Assembly (NCBI GenBank): GCA_045863395.1
Contig: BTVJ01000021.1
Coordinates: forward strand, 35,446 to 99,445
Origin: Myxococcales bacterium
GTDB lineage: Bacteria > Myxococcota_A > UBA9042 > JABWCM01 > BTVJ01
DNA length: 64,000 nt
Direction of reading: 5' to 3'
Shown: one piece after another, positions 62,120-64,000 of the stretch
How positions within the stretch are numbered: position 1 is the stretch's first letter
Layout of the letters: each line of letters begins with the position of its first letter
Made by a program: the position numbers and the translations under genes
Notes under the pieces: model-generated
Database searches by the model: none
Told to the model about the DNA's origin: nothing
Seen by the model: the letters and a program-made list of their open reading frames with translations, nothing else

Positions 62120-62758
62120 TCACCCGCCCTTGCGCGCCGACACGATGACCCAAGGCAGCGGATCCCGCGCCTCGACGACACGGAAGTGGCCGCGGACCAT
62201 GCGCATGAAGTCGCCCTTGTTGAGGTCCTGGACGTGGCCGGGGTGGTGGCCCATCTCGTCCAGCCATGCCAGGCGGACCATGTTGAGCGCGCGCCAGTGG
62301 GGCTGCCGAGCGACGCTGAGCAGCGCGTGGCGGTGTGTCACGCGCACGATCTCGCGCAGCGCCTTCTGTGGGTCGTGCAGTGTCTCCAGCACCTCGGCCG
62401 CCACGACCAGGTCGAAGCTGCCGTCATCGTAGGGGAGGTCGTAGGCGGAGCCCACGAGGAACTCGACCCCCGGGACGTGCTCCCGCGCCTCGCGCACCAT
62501 GCGCTCCGAGAGGTCGACGCCGACGATGCGCGCCTCGGGGAGTGCCTTTCGCAGGACCTCGACGAAGTGCCCGGCGCCACACCCCACCTCGAGGACGGTC
62601 CGCGGGTCGAGGCGTTGGACCATCTCGGTGACGTCCTGCAGGTAGCGCTGATAGAGCGCGCGAGCGAGCGGGTTGCGGGTGCTGTGTCTGTCGCGCGGCT
62701 CCCGGTGGAGGAGCGCGCCCGTAATCCCATGCACTTCGCTCGGTTCCCGGTTGCTCAT
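62120..62758 (-). CDS. Class I SAM-dependent methyltransferase
   Basis: VLEVGCGAG, GVDLSERM, LPYDDGSFDLV, EVLE. Confidence 0.9.
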   Translation of the reverse strand: MSNREPSEVHGITGALLHREPRDRHSTRNPLARALYQRYLQDVTEMVQRLDPRTVLEVGCGAGHFVEVLRKALPEARIVGVDLSERMVREAREHVPGVEFLVGSAYDLPYDDGSFDLVVAAEVLETLHDPQKALREIVRVTHRHALLSVARQPHWRALNMVRLAWLDEMGHHPGHVQDLNKGDFMRMVRGHFRVVEARDPLPWVIVSARKGG

Positions 62759-62921
62759 GGCCAGCCTCCGCGGTAGAGCCGGCGGGACTATATGCAGCCC
62801 CTGAAGGCGCGTCAATCGACGGGGAGCATCGCGGTGTGAGGAGGAACGCGAGACGCATCGGCCGGCTGCCGAGCGGACGTCAGGCGAGGCGCGCGGGAGA
62901 GCCGCCGGGACAGCGGAGTGG

Positions 62922-64000
<1,079 letters not shown>

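Overview
High-GC, gene-dense bacterial window that looks like Myxococcota. The signs are three MYXO-CTERM-type C-termini, many lipoproteins with Asp/Gly/Ala-rich linkers, a GKAD lipoprotein motif and CDDGDPCT repeats. About 38 genes or gene remnants are supported. Most encode secreted or surface proteins (M4/M36, M10, M23 and M2/M3 peptidases, GH13, PQQ-type dehydrogenase, C-type lectin, fibrinogen and somatomedin-B proteins). No rRNA, tRNA, CRISPR array or intact transposase was seen. Main observations: (1) an operon of a cytochrome P450 with an atypical I-helix, a 2x cNMP-binding/BFD-[2Fe-2S]/FNR fusion (candidate cyclic-nucleotide-gated P450 reductase) and a GDPD; (2) a 28-bp dispersed element (GGGGTCAAG-N4-CTCA-N2-TCTCATAT-S) in four copies, two of which bracket an MNT-HEPN toxin-antitoxin remnant cut off at both copies; (3) a lipid operon (alkyl-DHAP-synthase-like flavoprotein, second flavoprotein, CCG Fe-S protein, DAG kinase) ending in an Lnt with a beta-propeller-like insert in its nitrilase domain; (4) nrfHA of the CXXCH type, with one in-frame TAG in nrfA and a candidate sigma54 promoter; (5) an exported dikinase-like lipoprotein; (6) a DPBB + M23 Cys-repeat lipoprotein; (7) a CtpH/CtpI-like giant P-type ATPase. 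All calls come from reading motifs by eye. No database searches were run.
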